A stretch of DNA of 56,194 nucleotides from Campylobacterales bacterium (GTDB lineage: Bacteria > Campylobacterota > Campylobacteria > Campylobacterales > Sulfurimonadaceae), in contig JBBRBK010000006.1 in assembly GCA_038205935.1 (NCBI GenBank), positions 1 to 56,194 on the forward strand. The letters are read 5' to 3'. The notes under the pieces were generated by a model. That model was not told the origin of the DNA. It saw only the letters and a program-made list of their open reading frames with translations, and made no database searches. Shown here piece by piece: positions 31,988 to 42,229 of this stretch. A program made the position numbers and the translations under genes. Positions within the stretch are counted from its first letter, which is position 1. Every line of letters begins with the position of its first letter.

Positions 31988-32502
31988 TTTAGTAACTCTT
32001 CATCATCAAGTGTGTTTGTCGAAACAAAACTAAGCCAACCATTCTCTGCTTGATAAAAACTTGTGTAAGTATTGTTAAATATCGAGCGCAAAGGTGCTTG
32101 GAGCAAAAATTCATATACTTCTTTACTTGGTGTCGTACCTTTCATAACTAGAGAATTTTTATTGAGTTGTACCTCTGAGAGTGTAATACGATCAGGAACA
32201 AGATCAAAAAGGTTTTTAACACTCTCTTTTAAAACACTATTTTCAGTCACAACCTTCTCAGCTCTATCACTTTCTTGCTCTATGATGCGTATCTGATGTT
32301 GCATTTTGAGTGTTGAATTTTTAAACTCAACTTTTTTCGTTTCAATTCTTACAATACTCTCTCCAAAAGTGTAAATTTTTAGTTTTAAAAAACCATACGT
32401 TAAAAAAAGCATCGTGATTGAGATGGTAAAAAAAAGTAAAACAAGCTGCATCTCATCTGAAATCACTTGTTTTGATTTAGGTTTTATATAACTTCTGGTC
32501 AT
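31984..32502 (-). CDS. PilN-like membrane protein
   Basis: TM, coiled coil, LFDLVPDRITLSEV...LVMKG PilN pattern. Confidence 0.7.
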   Translation of the reverse strand: MTRSYIKPKSKQVISDEMQLVLLFFTISITMLFLTYGFLKLKIYTFGESIVRIETKKVEFKNSTLKMQHQIRIIEQESDRAEKVVTENSVLKESVKNLFDLVPDRITLSEVQLNKNSLVMKGTTPSKEVYEFLLQAPLRSIFNNTYTSFYQAENGWLSFVSTNTLDDEELLK

Positions 32503-33518
32503 ATTTTTTCCCTCTTTGCCAAGTCAAATACTTCACTGGATATATCTACCTGACGCACATATACTTTTAAAAAAAGCTCCTCTTCAAGATAGTTTTTCAA
32601 GGCATTCTCTACATTACATGCGGCGGCGATATAAACCGATTCTATAAAGTTATTTTCATATTTTTCATCTGTGTAGTAAGTGTTCAGTGCATTTTTTATT
32701 GCATTAAAACGTTTATATTCTTCGTTGAATCCAGCACTATGCTCTTCATTTTTCGCACTCACAAGATCTTCTCTTGTTTCTTTATCCCCAACTTTTATCT
32801 CTGTAAAGTCCTCAAACTCATCCATAGAATCAAGGTCTTGTATATTTGTCAAATCATCAAGATCATTAAAACCATCATCAACATCAACATCTTCAAGATT
32901 AATAGACATCTGATCATCATCAAAATTAAGTTCGGCTTTTTCATCACCCATTATAAGTTCGCTCTCAAGTTTGTCATTTTCAACATCTGCAAACTCTGCA
33001 TATTTCAGTTTTGAATCTTCAAACACTGCAATACTCATACTCTCATCTTGAATCAACACATAAAGTGTTGCCTGCATCACTATTTTATCTTTGAAAAAAT
33101 TTTCTATAATACAAAAAGGTGAAAATACAAAATCCAGTCCCAAAGAGCTATACTTTTTCTCTAATATACCGAGATCGATTTTCGATGTATAACTGCTCCA
33201 ACCATCATAACAAAGTGTTGTAAATGTATCTTTGTCACTTGATTTTAAGAACTCATCCACTTTACAAGTAGGAATAGCACCCTGATGCAAAGAATAATCA
33301 AGAAAAGAGATATATGAAAAAGGTGATTCAGACTTAAAAGAGTGGATAAAAGAAAGCATATTTTGTGAAAGTTCTTCGCCCTCAAAGACCTTCACTCGAG
33401 TATCTTTAACTTTACTTCCCTTTAAAGTATGAATGCTCACATGAGTCTTCGTGCTTGATGCAACAATACTAATATATATCTTCAAATACAGGCCATGCAT
33501 TATCTTAGAAAGTATCAT
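32499..33518 (-). CDS. PilM-like cytoplasmic protein with acidic insert
   Basis: GLDFVFSPF, NALNTYY, FIESVYI; first gene of the overlapping trio. Call rests largely on synteny. Confidence 0.5.
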   Translation of the reverse strand: MILSKIMHGLYLKIYISIVASSTKTHVSIHTLKGSKVKDTRVKVFEGEELSQNMLSFIHSFKSESPFSYISFLDYSLHQGAIPTCKVDEFLKSSDKDTFTTLCYDGWSSYTSKIDLGILEKKYSSLGLDFVFSPFCIIENFFKDKIVMQATLYVLIQDESMSIAVFEDSKLKYAEFADVENDKLESELIMGDEKAELNFDDDQMSINLEDVDVDDGFNDLDDLTNIQDLDSMDEFEDFTEIKVGDKETREDLVSAKNEEHSAGFNEEYKRFNAIKNALNTYYTDEKYENNFIESVYIAAACNVENALKNYLEEELFLKVYVRQVDISSEVFDLAKREKI

Positions 33519-34350
33519 TCATCTCCTTGCACAACGGGTGAGCCTTGTTGTAATTTTGCATCTTTAGCGCACTTCCAAGTTTTGTATATATCTGCGTCGT
33601 CGCCATAGACGAGTGACCTAAGAGTTCACTAACATCGACAATTCTCGCATTATTATTTAAAAGTGCCGTCGCATAAGAATGACGTAACTGGTGCGGAGTG
33701 ACTTTTAAAGAGACCCGCTCAAACACCTTAGTAATCGTATATCTTAAACTATTTTCGCTTAATTTTTGGCTATTTTTTTCAAAAAGGTATGTTTTAGGCG
33801 CTCTCTCATCTCTATAAGCTTCTAAAAGTTTGGCAGTTGATGAAAGAAGTGGAATATCTCTTTGTTTATTTCCTTTTCCAACAACACGAATCCACTCTAA
33901 ACTGATATCATCAACTCTCAAACCACTCAGTTCTGAAATACGAAGGCCAAGCGTATAAAGCATAATTACAACTAAACTTTCCTCTTTATCTGCGTGGCTG
34001 AGTGCTTCCATAATGTGTTCATGCGGGATCGGTTTTGGAAGTGTTTTTGGTACTTTTATACTATCATCTGCTTTGAGTGTAATATGTTCGCCTTGAGTGA
34101 TCAAAAACTCCGAAAATGAGCGAATAGCGCTCAACTTTTTAGCTATAGTTTTTTGTTTTAAAGAAGCAATAAGGATGCGATAAGGCATAAGATTAAAAAT
34201 AGTTGTAGAAGATTTTTTTTCTATCTCTATATATAATAAGGCCTCTTTTAAAACCTCATCATATGTTTTAAGCGTTAGATCGGAGTAGCCTCTTACTTTT
34301 TCGAGATAGATTAAAAAATCTTTTTTATATTGAAGAGGAGATTTTTTCAT
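33505..34350 (-). CDS. XerC/D-like tyrosine recombinase
   Basis: Complete catalytic set: GLRISE, GKGNKQR, PHQLRHS, LLGH, TTQIYT. N-terminal SAM-like domain (RGYSDLTLKTY). Confidence 0.92.
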   Translation of the reverse strand: MKKSPLQYKKDFLIYLEKVRGYSDLTLKTYDEVLKEALLYIEIEKKSSTTIFNLMPYRILIASLKQKTIAKKLSAIRSFSEFLITQGEHITLKADDSIKVPKTLPKPIPHEHIMEALSHADKEESLVVIMLYTLGLRISELSGLRVDDISLEWIRVVGKGNKQRDIPLLSSTAKLLEAYRDERAPKTYLFEKNSQKLSENSLRYTITKVFERVSLKVTPHQLRHSYATALLNNNARIVDVSELLGHSSMATTQIYTKLGSALKMQNYNKAHPLCKEMNDTF

Positions 34351-34421
34351 TGATTTTCATATACTTGTCTTTTAAGGCTCTTTGAAACAGCAACAAAAAA
34401 CTGCCAAGCAACCAAAAGAGT

Positions 34422-35045
34422 TTATACGACATGTTGCATCATTCTCTCTTGAATCAGCTTTTTTGCTTCTTCCATTTTCAAACCAGTTAAATCAATAGGT
34501 TCACTTGCAAAAAATTCCAAAGTCCCAAAAGGCTTTGGGACGACAAACTTATCCCAGCTTCCTAACTGCCAATAACTTGAAGGTTTACAGTTATAAATAA
34601 TCACTTTAGCTCCAGTTTTCTGAGCCATCACAACGATCCCATCTCCCACACTGTAACGCGGGCCTTTGGGGCCATCAGGTGTGATGCCGATATCATAACC
34701 CTCTTTTAAACTTTTTATCGCCTGTATCAACACCTTTGCGGCGTTGCGGTTTGTGGAACCAGCTATTGTTCCAAGTTTGAAATACTCCATTACTTTTGAT
34801 ATCAAAGAGCCATCAAAATGATCACTGATAAGCACATTGGCTTTAGGAATTTTACGAAACTGATAATAAAGATAGGGTTGCATAAGCAGATCGCCATGCC
34901 AAAAAGCAAAAACGACAGGTTCTGAGGGAATATTTTCTGGAAGATTGAAGATTTTTCTGTTTGTAAGGTAAATAAAGCGCATTAAAAGCATTCCGACAAA
35001 TGGTACAACAACCAAAGCCAATCCTCTTAAAATCCGCTTTTTCAT
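34422..35045 (-). CDS. DUF374 acyltransferase (LpxJ-like lipid A late acyltransferase)
   Basis: FWHGD, ISDHFDG, ITPDGPKGP, SWDKFVVPKPF. Confidence 0.82.
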   Translation of the reverse strand: MKKRILRGLALVVVPFVGMLLMRFIYLTNRKIFNLPENIPSEPVVFAFWHGDLLMQPYLYYQFRKIPKANVLISDHFDGSLISKVMEYFKLGTIAGSTNRNAAKVLIQAIKSLKEGYDIGITPDGPKGPRYSVGDGIVVMAQKTGAKVIIYNCKPSSYWQLGSWDKFVVPKPFGTLEFFASEPIDLTGLKMEEAKKLIQERMMQHVV

Positions 35046-35052
35046 AACACTC

Positions 35053-36351
35053 TCAAACGATCTCGCCGATTAAAGAGGCTCTGCCGACTTTGTTGATTTT
35101 GACATTTGCCAAAGTTCCCAAAAGCTCTTCACTTCCTTTGACTTTCACAAGATAATTATTGTCACTTCTGCCAGACACATAACCATCTGGACGTAACTCT
35201 TCGAAGTAAACTTCATGAACACATCCAAGCTGTGCATCGATTTTTTTATCCAAAATCTCTTGTTGGAGTGTTTGCAAAGCATAAAGACGTTCTGAACCTA
35301 CTTCTTCATCTACGACATTTGTAAATTCTGCAGCTTCAGTGAGTGGACGAGGAGAGTATTTGAAACTAAATATCTGTTCAAAACCCACTTGGCGTACAAG
35401 ATCCATTGTATCTTCGAAATCTTCATCGCTCTCTCCAGGGAAAGCGACAATGATATCAGTGCTAAGCCCCACATCAGGAACCATAGATTTCAATTTCTCT
35501 ACACGGTTTAAAAACCATTCTCTCGAATACCCGCGTTTCATATCTTTTAAGACTTTTGTTGAACCGCTTTGAAGAGGCATATGCATCGATTTACATATTT
35601 TAGGATTGTTGGCAAACTCTTCTATAAACTCATCGTCCATATGAAAAGCATGTGGAGAGGTAAAACGGATACGCTTTAAATCTTCGATCTTTGAAATACG
35701 GCGAAGAAGCTCTGTAAAGTTGATTTTTTCATGTTCACCACTAAAACGGCGACCATAATTGTTAACATTCTGTCCAAGTAAAAAGAGCTCTTTAGCTCCA
35801 TTTATGACAGCTTTTTCACACTCTCTAAGGATTAAATCTGTAGGAATAGAGATCTCATCGCCTCTAGTTTTTGGAACGATACAAAACGTACACGCTTTGT
35901 CACAACCAATAGAGATATTGATATACGCTTTATAAGTGGATGAACGAAAATCTTTAAAGGCGAAATCGGATTCATCATAATTGATGTCGATCTCGACTGC
36001 TTTATCTTTATGCAAAACTTCACTGATTCGTGAAACATTTCTTGCACCCAAAACAAAGTTCACATAAGGTGCACGTCTGAGAATCTCTTTACCTAAATGT
36101 GACGCGGTACATCCGCACACACCTATTTTTGCACCCTCTTTTTTACTTTTATTGAAAACACCAAGTTCTGAAAAAAGCTTTTGTACAGGCTTTTCACGAA
36201 CTGAACAAGTGTTAATAAGAATAAGATCTGCCTCTTTTGAATCATCCGTTAAGACATAATCATCTTTTTCATTTAACTCTGCAATCATATGCTCAGAATC
36301 ACGAACATTCATCGCACAGCCAAGAGTTTCAATATAAAGTTTTTTACTCAA
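35053..36351 (-). CDS. miaB: tRNA-2-methylthio-N6-dimethylallyladenosine synthase
   Basis: [42 protein letters not shown] domain. Confidence 0.97.
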   Translation of the reverse strand: MSKKLYIETLGCAMNVRDSEHMIAELNEKDDYVLTDDSKEADLILINTCSVREKPVQKLFSELGVFNKSKKEGAKIGVCGCTASHLGKEILRRAPYVNFVLGARNVSRISEVLHKDKAVEIDINYDESDFAFKDFRSSTYKAYINISIGCDKACTFCIVPKTRGDEISIPTDLILRECEKAVINGAKELFLLGQNVNNYGRRFSGEHEKINFTELLRRISKIEDLKRIRFTSPHAFHMDDEFIEEFANNPKICKSMHMPLQSGSTKVLKDMKRGYSREWFLNRVEKLKSMVPDVGLSTDIIVAFPGESDEDFEDTMDLVRQVGFEQIFSFKYSPRPLTEAAEFTNVVDEEVGSERLYALQTLQQEILDKKIDAQLGCVHEVYFEELRPDGYVSGRSDNNYLVKVKGSEELLGTLANVKINKVGRASLIGEIV

Positions 36352-36361
36352 ATTTTAACCC

Positions 36362-36607
36362 TTATGCCAGTATGTGAACTTCATACATGTACTCGTTATC
36401 AGCAAGGCCGTATTTCACTTCACGCATATAAAAACTTTTTCCGCTTGCTTCGATGTGATCTTGCAATGCCAAAAGATCTTTATGTGAATTTTCACGATCA
36501 AAGTAAAATATGATTGATCCCTCTTTTGCTGCACTCTCTTCGATCTTTTTTAGATCTATTTTTTTCGGCTTTTGGTCGATCTCAACACGAGCTAGTTTTA
36601 ATTCCAT
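36362..36607 (-). CDS. HP0268-family small nuclease
   Basis: MELKLAR...YFDRENSHKDL...REVKYGL...YEVH; position upstream of miaB. Confidence 0.85.
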   Translation of the reverse strand: MELKLARVEIDQKPKKIDLKKIEESAAKEGSIIFYFDRENSHKDLLALQDHIEASGKSFYMREVKYGLADNEYMYEVHILA

Positions 36608-36789
36608 GATTTATCCTCATCTATATAATTGCGTGCATTATATTAAAAGTTCAATAAATATTCGATTAAGCACAAGACCAAGTTAAAACATTTTTTAAAT
36701 TTGTTTTGCTATAATCACACTCTTCATAAAAAGAAACCCCATTTTTAACTTAATATTTTTTATGAAAGCCACCTAAACAAGGGATACTT

Positions 36790-37917
36790 ATGGAAAAAAT
36801 TTTAGATATCGTAGATGCTATTGCTCACGAAAAAGGTCTTCAGCCTGCAAATGTGCTTGAAGCACTCAAAACAGCTTTTGTACAAACTGCTAAACGCGTT
36901 ATAAATCATAAATTCACTTTTGAAGCAGAAATTGACACTAAAACAAAAAAAATGCACCTTTATCAAACAATTATCGTTGTTGCAGATGAGGATAAAAGAC
37001 TTGAAGATGAAGAACTTAGCGGTGGATTTATTTCACTGAGCGACGCTCTTAAACTTGATGAAGATGCAGAACTTGAAGATCAACTACAAATCGATCATGC
37101 GCTTGAAGATTATGGCAGAACTGCAGCTAGTAAACTTCATAATGAGATTGAATATCATATACAAAAACTTGTAGAAACTGAACTCTATACAAGATATAAC
37201 TCAAAAATCGGCACAATCGTAACAGGCCGAGTCACGCTTGTAGATGGTGACCAAAACACCTATATTGACATAGATGAAGTGCGTGCTATATTACCTATGA
37301 AAAGCCGTATTAAGGGTGAGAAATTTAAAGTTGGAGATCTGCTTAAAGCGCTTGTTCGCCGTGTCAACATTGACAAAACAAACGGCATTCAAATCGAGCT
37401 TTCTCGCACATCTCCAAAATTCTTAGAGCAACTTTTAGCGATGGAAGTTCCTGAGATTGCTGATGGAATCGTTATCGTTGAAAAATCGGCTCGTATCCCA
37501 GGTGATCGCGCAAAAATCGCACTGATGAGTATGCATCCTCAAGTTGATGCGGTTGGTGCAACAGTCGGAGTTAGAGGTGTTCGTATCAACGCTGTAAGTG
37601 AAGAGCTTATGGGTGAAAATATCGACTGTATCGAGTACACAACGATTCCTGAACTTTTCGTGGCTCGTGTTATGAGTCCGGCTATTATCTCTCACATTGA
37701 GATACAAAGAAATGAAAAAGGTGAAGCTGAGAAAGCTATCATCACGCTTCCGGCTGATCAAAAAAGTAAAGCAATCGGAAAAAGCGGTATCAATATCCGT
37801 CTTGCTTCTATGCTTACAGGTATGGCTATCGAGCTTGTTGAAAGCGGTTCATCGGCTGAGGGAATAGAGAGCGAACAAAAAGATGGTGTTGACGCACTTC
37901 AAGCTCTCTTTAACTAA
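36790..37917 (+). CDS. nusA: Transcription termination/antitermination factor NusA
   Basis: S1 and KH domains: ARIPGDRAK, VGATVGVRG, AIGKSGINIRLAS. Confidence 0.97.
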   Translation: MEKILDIVDAIAHEKGLQPANVLEALKTAFVQTAKRVINHKFTFEAEIDTKTKKMHLYQTIIVVADEDKRLEDEELSGGFISLSDALKLDEDAELEDQLQIDHALEDYGRTAASKLHNEIEYHIQKLVETELYTRYNSKIGTIVTGRVTLVDGDQNTYIDIDEVRAILPMKSRIKGEKFKVGDLLKALVRRVNIDKTNGIQIELSRTSPKFLEQLLAMEVPEIADGIVIVEKSARIPGDRAKIALMSMHPQVDAVGATVGVRGVRINAVSEELMGENIDCIEYTTIPELFVARVMSPAIISHIEIQRNEKGEAEKAIITLPADQKSKAIGKSGINIRLASMLTGMAIELVESGSSAEGIESEQKDGVDALQALFN

Positions 37918-37943
37918 ATCAACAAATATAAAGGTAACAACTC

Positions 37944-37969
37944 CTTACATGTAAGCTTTTACATGTAAG
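37944..37969. repeat. Tandem copies of the TTACATGTAA palindrome just after nusA
   Basis: CTTACATGTAAG-CT-TTTACATGTAAG. Confidence 0.9.
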
Positions 37970-38059
37970 CGATTCTTCTATGTAAAGCCTCTTTTTCTTC
38001 CTCTATATCTTTTTTCTTGAAATAGTTTTGATGTATAATCATATCCACGAGGTGAGATT

Positions 38060-39268
38060 ATGAATAAGCAAAGAATCATTATTGTTGGCGCTGGATATGG
38101 TGGTATCAAAGCATTAATACAGCTCTCTACATGTAAAGATATCGAACTCTTACTTATCGACAGAAACTCTTATCACTATCTTCAAACTGATGTTTATGAT
38201 TATATCGCCAGCCAGATTACTCTCTCAGACATTGCCATCGATCTTTACACTTTTTGCTCTAGTTTTTCTAATGTGACTTTTATCCACGAAGAGGTGTTAC
38301 GTGTTGATTTTACAAATAACAAAGTTGTAACGCAAACAAACCGTTACATGTATGACTTTCTTATCCTTAGCAGTGGCGGACAAACGCTTATGCCCAGCTC
38401 CATCGAAGGATTACGAGAAAATTTTCACGGCATCAAATCTCTCGAAAACGCCTTACTTTTTAAACAAAAATTTGAGTATTTTATTTATAAAAAGATAGAA
38501 AATGAAGGGAAGTGCTCACTCGATTCAAACTTCAACATCGTTATCGCCGGCAGCGGACTTAGTGGCGTGGAAATAGCCGCTGAGATGGCAAACTATGCAA
38601 GAGAGTTTTACAAAGATACAGGCTATTTGTGTTCTGGTATCAGTATCACACTTGTGAGCTCAACCCAAACACTTTTAGCTTCCAACTCACCTTTCATGCA
38701 GGAAAATGCTGAGGCAAGATTAAACCAACTCGAAATCAAGATCATTAAAAAAGCTCGCGTTGTAAAAGTAAGTAAAGATGCCCTCTGGCTCAACAATGGA
38801 GAAAAGCTCGCAATGAACTTTCTTATCTGGACGGCTGGAATCACTCCAAGCGATCTGATTTTAAAGATGCAAGTGGCAAAAAATCAAAAAGAGCAACTTG
38901 AAGTTGATCAGTTTTTCAGACTCAAAGAACATAAAAATGTTTTTGCCATCGGCGACAATGCCGCTTTATTTGATCCTATGAGTAAAAAACCTTTGCCGCC
39001 AACGGCGCAAACTGCAGAACTGAGTGCTGATTATGTCGCTTCCAATATTAAAAGAATTCTCTCAAATAGCGAACCTAAAATAAAAAGTATCAGGATTAAA
39101 GGATTTTTTGCATCTCTTGGAGGGAAATATGGATGCGGAGAGCTTATGGATTTTGTTAAAATCCAAGGTTTTAAAGCCTACTTTTTGAAAAAATGGATAG
39201 AAATTTTTTACAGAAAACCGCTGCAAAAAAGATGTAAAGAGGGACTTAAAAAGATAAAAAACTCTTAA
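38060..39268 (+). CDS. Type II NADH dehydrogenase-like FAD oxidoreductase
   Basis: GAGYGG, AGSGLSGVE, IWTAG, FAIGD, PPTAQ. Confidence 0.88.
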   Translation: MNKQRIIIVGAGYGGIKALIQLSTCKDIELLLIDRNSYHYLQTDVYDYIASQITLSDIAIDLYTFCSSFSNVTFIHEEVLRVDFTNNKVVTQTNRYMYDFLILSSGGQTLMPSSIEGLRENFHGIKSLENALLFKQKFEYFIYKKIENEGKCSLDSNFNIVIAGSGLSGVEIAAEMANYAREFYKDTGYLCSGISITLVSSTQTLLASNSPFMQENAEARLNQLEIKIIKKARVVKVSKDALWLNNGEKLAMNFLIWTAGITPSDLILKMQVAKNQKEQLEVDQFFRLKEHKNVFAIGDNAALFDPMSKKPLPPTAQTAELSADYVASNIKRILSNSEPKIKSIRIKGFFASLGGKYGCGELMDFVKIQGFKAYFLKKWIEIFYRKPLQKRCKEGLKKIKNS

Positions 39269-40224
39269 GAGCGTTTTGCATATGGATTGAGTTTTAGTAG
39301 TATCATATCTGCGATCATATTTCCAAAAAGTGTTAAAAATGCCGTAATCATCAAAATCCCCATTATGACGGGATAATCTCGACTCATAGCACTGAGATAG
39401 AAAAATCTTCCCATTCCATCAATCCCAAAGATCGACTCCAAAATCACACTTCCACCTATAAGCCCAGGAAGAGAAAGTCCTAGAAGTGTCACAACTGGCG
39501 GTAAAAGATTTGGCAAAATGTAACGTCTGAGGATTACTTTCTCGTCTAGCCCTCGCGCCTTTGCAAAGAAATAATAATCACTTTTGAGTATCTCTAAAGT
39601 CAAAGAACGGATGTAAATAACCATACTCCCGACTCCCACAAATATCATGACTCCAATTGGCAAAACAAGGTGCCAAGCCATATCAAGATAATTTGCAACT
39701 CCCACTTTTGGCTCTATGGAGTGCAGTCCCGAGAAGGGAAACCAACCAAGATTGACACTAAAAAGGATAATAAATAAAAGTGCAAGATAAAAAGAGGGCA
39801 TAGAAAAAGAAAACAAAGAAAACTGACGGATAAGATGATCGCTCTTTTGCCCATTGAAAATAGCCGCTTTGACCCCAAGATAAATGGATAATACAAACAC
39901 AGCGATCAAAGAGAAAAAATTCATAAAAAGTGTTACTGGGATGCGTTTTGCGATCTCACTGCTCACATCTTCTCCGCTCACAAAAGAGACTCCAAAATGC
40001 AATGTTAGTAGACTTTTCATCCACTCAAAGTATTGAATAAATAGCGGTTTATCTAGGCCATAAACGGCTTTGAGTTTGGCAATAGCCGCTTCTGTCATGT
40101 TGGGATTGAGTTCGCCTGCACCTAGAAAACTGTTTGGTGCAATGTGAATAGCCAAAAAAGAAACAATAGAGATAAGAAGAAGCATCAAAACCAGATATGC
40201 CATTTTTTTCATCATAAAAATCAT
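39265..40224 (-). CDS. Peptide/nickel ABC transporter permease (DppB/OppB-like)
   Basis: YGLDKPL, FGVSF, AKARGL, ILESIFGIDGMG, RDYPVIMG. Confidence 0.92.
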   Translation of the reverse strand: MIFMMKKMAYLVLMLLLISIVSFLAIHIAPNSFLGAGELNPNMTEAAIAKLKAVYGLDKPLFIQYFEWMKSLLTLHFGVSFVSGEDVSSEIAKRIPVTLFMNFFSLIAVFVLSIYLGVKAAIFNGQKSDHLIRQFSLFSFSMPSFYLALLFIILFSVNLGWFPFSGLHSIEPKVGVANYLDMAWHLVLPIGVMIFVGVGSMVIYIRSLTLEILKSDYYFFAKARGLDEKVILRRYILPNLLPPVVTLLGLSLPGLIGGSVILESIFGIDGMGRFFYLSAMSRDYPVIMGILMITAFLTLFGNMIADMILLKLNPYAKRS

Positions 40225-40282
40225 AAAAATATTATACTATATTCGTTACAATAAAATTTAGAAGAATCAAGATTGAGGTGCG

Positions 40283-41218
40283 ATGCTCTTAGAACAGTTC
40301 AGATCATTTTTTGCTAGACACTATCCAGATGACATGGAGAAGCAGATAGAGTACTTTTCCATCTTTGGAGGTCTTGGATGGCGAGTCGATATGGACAAAT
40401 CCCCAGAAGAACTCATCATCTCAGAGATCCTCGACAACTACGGACACCTTCACAACGAACTTTCAGCTCTTTCTCTTGATGAGCCACAATACGCACGTTT
40501 GCTGCATGCATTGGCAACTGGAGACAGACGTTTATTTAAAGCGTTTAATAGAGCGGGACTTAACAATAAAAACGGCGGCGCAGCGGTTGATTATCTACAA
40601 AATAATCATATATTAGAGATGCAACGCTCACGAGAAAAAGATCCAAGAGAACTGCATCCAAACCAGAAGCTCAAGCGTGAAGATGCAAGGCACCGTATTT
40701 CACACAAGATGCGTTTCACAAAACCCTTTATCAGATTTTGGTTTTACTTTATCTATCCGTACGCAAGAGAGATTCAAAAAGGAATCTATGAAAATGTTAT
40801 CAAAAGATTTCAAATTCATCAGCATAGTTATACAAGTTTGGTTTTTGAAGAACTTTCAGAATTGCTACTTGATTACTACACAAGAGATGATCAGATCATC
40901 ACAAGTGGAAGTTACTGGGATGCAAATATAGAGATCGATCTTCTTGCTATCACTAAAAGTCAAAAAATCTATGTCGGCGAATGTAAATGGACAAATCATA
41001 AAATAAATAAAAAAGAGTTGCACAAACTTATGGATAAATGTACACGCCTTGAGATATTACCAAGTAAGATTTTATTTTTTGCTAAACGTGGCTTTTCGAA
41101 AGAGTTATTGCAGATGCAAAGTCCTACGCTCGCACTTTACAGCGCGGAGGATTTTTCCATTTTACTAAAAAATATCTCATCAGCGGACCTTAACGAGGGA
41201 TTTTTACTTCCTAACTAA
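40283..41218 (+). CDS. DUF234-domain protein (wHTH plus PD-(D/E)xK-like C-terminus)
   Basis: PFIRFWF, GSYWD..IEIDL, GECKW, KRGFS. Confidence 0.82.
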   Translation: MLLEQFRSFFARHYPDDMEKQIEYFSIFGGLGWRVDMDKSPEELIISEILDNYGHLHNELSALSLDEPQYARLLHALATGDRRLFKAFNRAGLNNKNGGAAVDYLQNNHILEMQRSREKDPRELHPNQKLKREDARHRISHKMRFTKPFIRFWFYFIYPYAREIQKGIYENVIKRFQIHQHSYTSLVFEELSELLLDYYTRDDQIITSGSYWDANIEIDLLAITKSQKIYVGECKWTNHKINKKELHKLMDKCTRLEILPSKILFFAKRGFSKELLQMQSPTLALYSAEDFSILLKNISSADLNEGFLLPN

Positions 41219-42014
41219 CAACTCTTAATGCACTATAAGCTTCTTGGATCATCTGAAATTTCTGCGTATAATGCCCGACCATATTTGGACTATCACAATA
41301 GATGCGATCAGGATGATACACGCGGGCGAGTTTTTTGTAGCTTTGTTTGATAAGATCTTTGGACGCACCTACGGGGCATCCAAGCACACTGTAAAAACTC
41401 ATCATCTTTTCAATACTTTCATCTTCGTTATCTCCATAATCAGAGATACAAAAACCGCTATAAAGACGCTGCATAAAGTTACTGTCATATCTGTATTGGA
41501 TCTCATAATGTAAGACATGACGTCTGCTTAATGCGCGTTCGAGTCTTTTTTTTGCTTTTGGATGACTGACATCCACAACAAGAGAACTCTCAGTAGATGC
41601 TTTTATATGCATTCCAAGCTGACTTTTAAGATAACTCATAACCCAAGAGTTTGGATAAAAAAGCGAGATATCTACGGTATATCTGTCTCTTGCATAAAGT
41701 TCAACACTTACATGTTGGATCTCTTGCATACTTACAAGCTCTATTTTAATAGGTGTATTTGAAAGTTTAAGCAGTGATTTTTTATAGAACATTTGGCAGA
41801 AATCATTTATCTCGGCGTAAAAATGGCTGAGTGTATCTAAAAACTGTTTTCTACTATCAAAGAGAGATTGATCTTTAAATATCAAAACAGCACGAGGTAA
41901 AAAAAGCATATTTTTTGAATGCAAGGTTAAGAACTCTCGCATCCAGCTTTGATTGAGGGTTCTAAAATTGGTACGAATCAAGATAAGGTTGTTCTGCAGT
42001 ACAACTTCCATCAT
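41211..42014 (-). CDS. Protein with C-terminal DnaJ (J) domain
   Basis: YSVLGC...IKQSYKKLARVYHPD...KFQMIQEAY. Confidence 0.88.
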   Translation of the reverse strand: MMEVVLQNNLILIRTNFRTLNQSWMREFLTLHSKNMLFLPRAVLIFKDQSLFDSRKQFLDTLSHFYAEINDFCQMFYKKSLLKLSNTPIKIELVSMQEIQHVSVELYARDRYTVDISLFYPNSWVMSYLKSQLGMHIKASTESSLVVDVSHPKAKKRLERALSRRHVLHYEIQYRYDSNFMQRLYSGFCISDYGDNEDESIEKMMSFYSVLGCPVGASKDLIKQSYKKLARVYHPDRIYCDSPNMVGHYTQKFQMIQEAYSALRVVS

Positions 42015-42229
42015 TCCCTCTGTTTAGGTATATTGAATAAGTATAGCAAAAAGAGTTCCAGCATTTGTGACGCTTACACCCGCAGGGCACTTCGCATGTA
42101 AGCATTTTCATAGCTACTCACACAAAGAAAACAGATTCCAAATAAGAAGTAAACAGATAGATAATCGTAACCGTTATGTAATCATCTCGCTTTAAAATGT
42201 CAGCAACAAAAACAGGAGAAAAAGTAAAC

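Noticed and set aside
33505..34350. Prophage integrase marking an island
   Set aside because: It is flanked by conserved housekeeping synteny, with no att repeats or phage genes.
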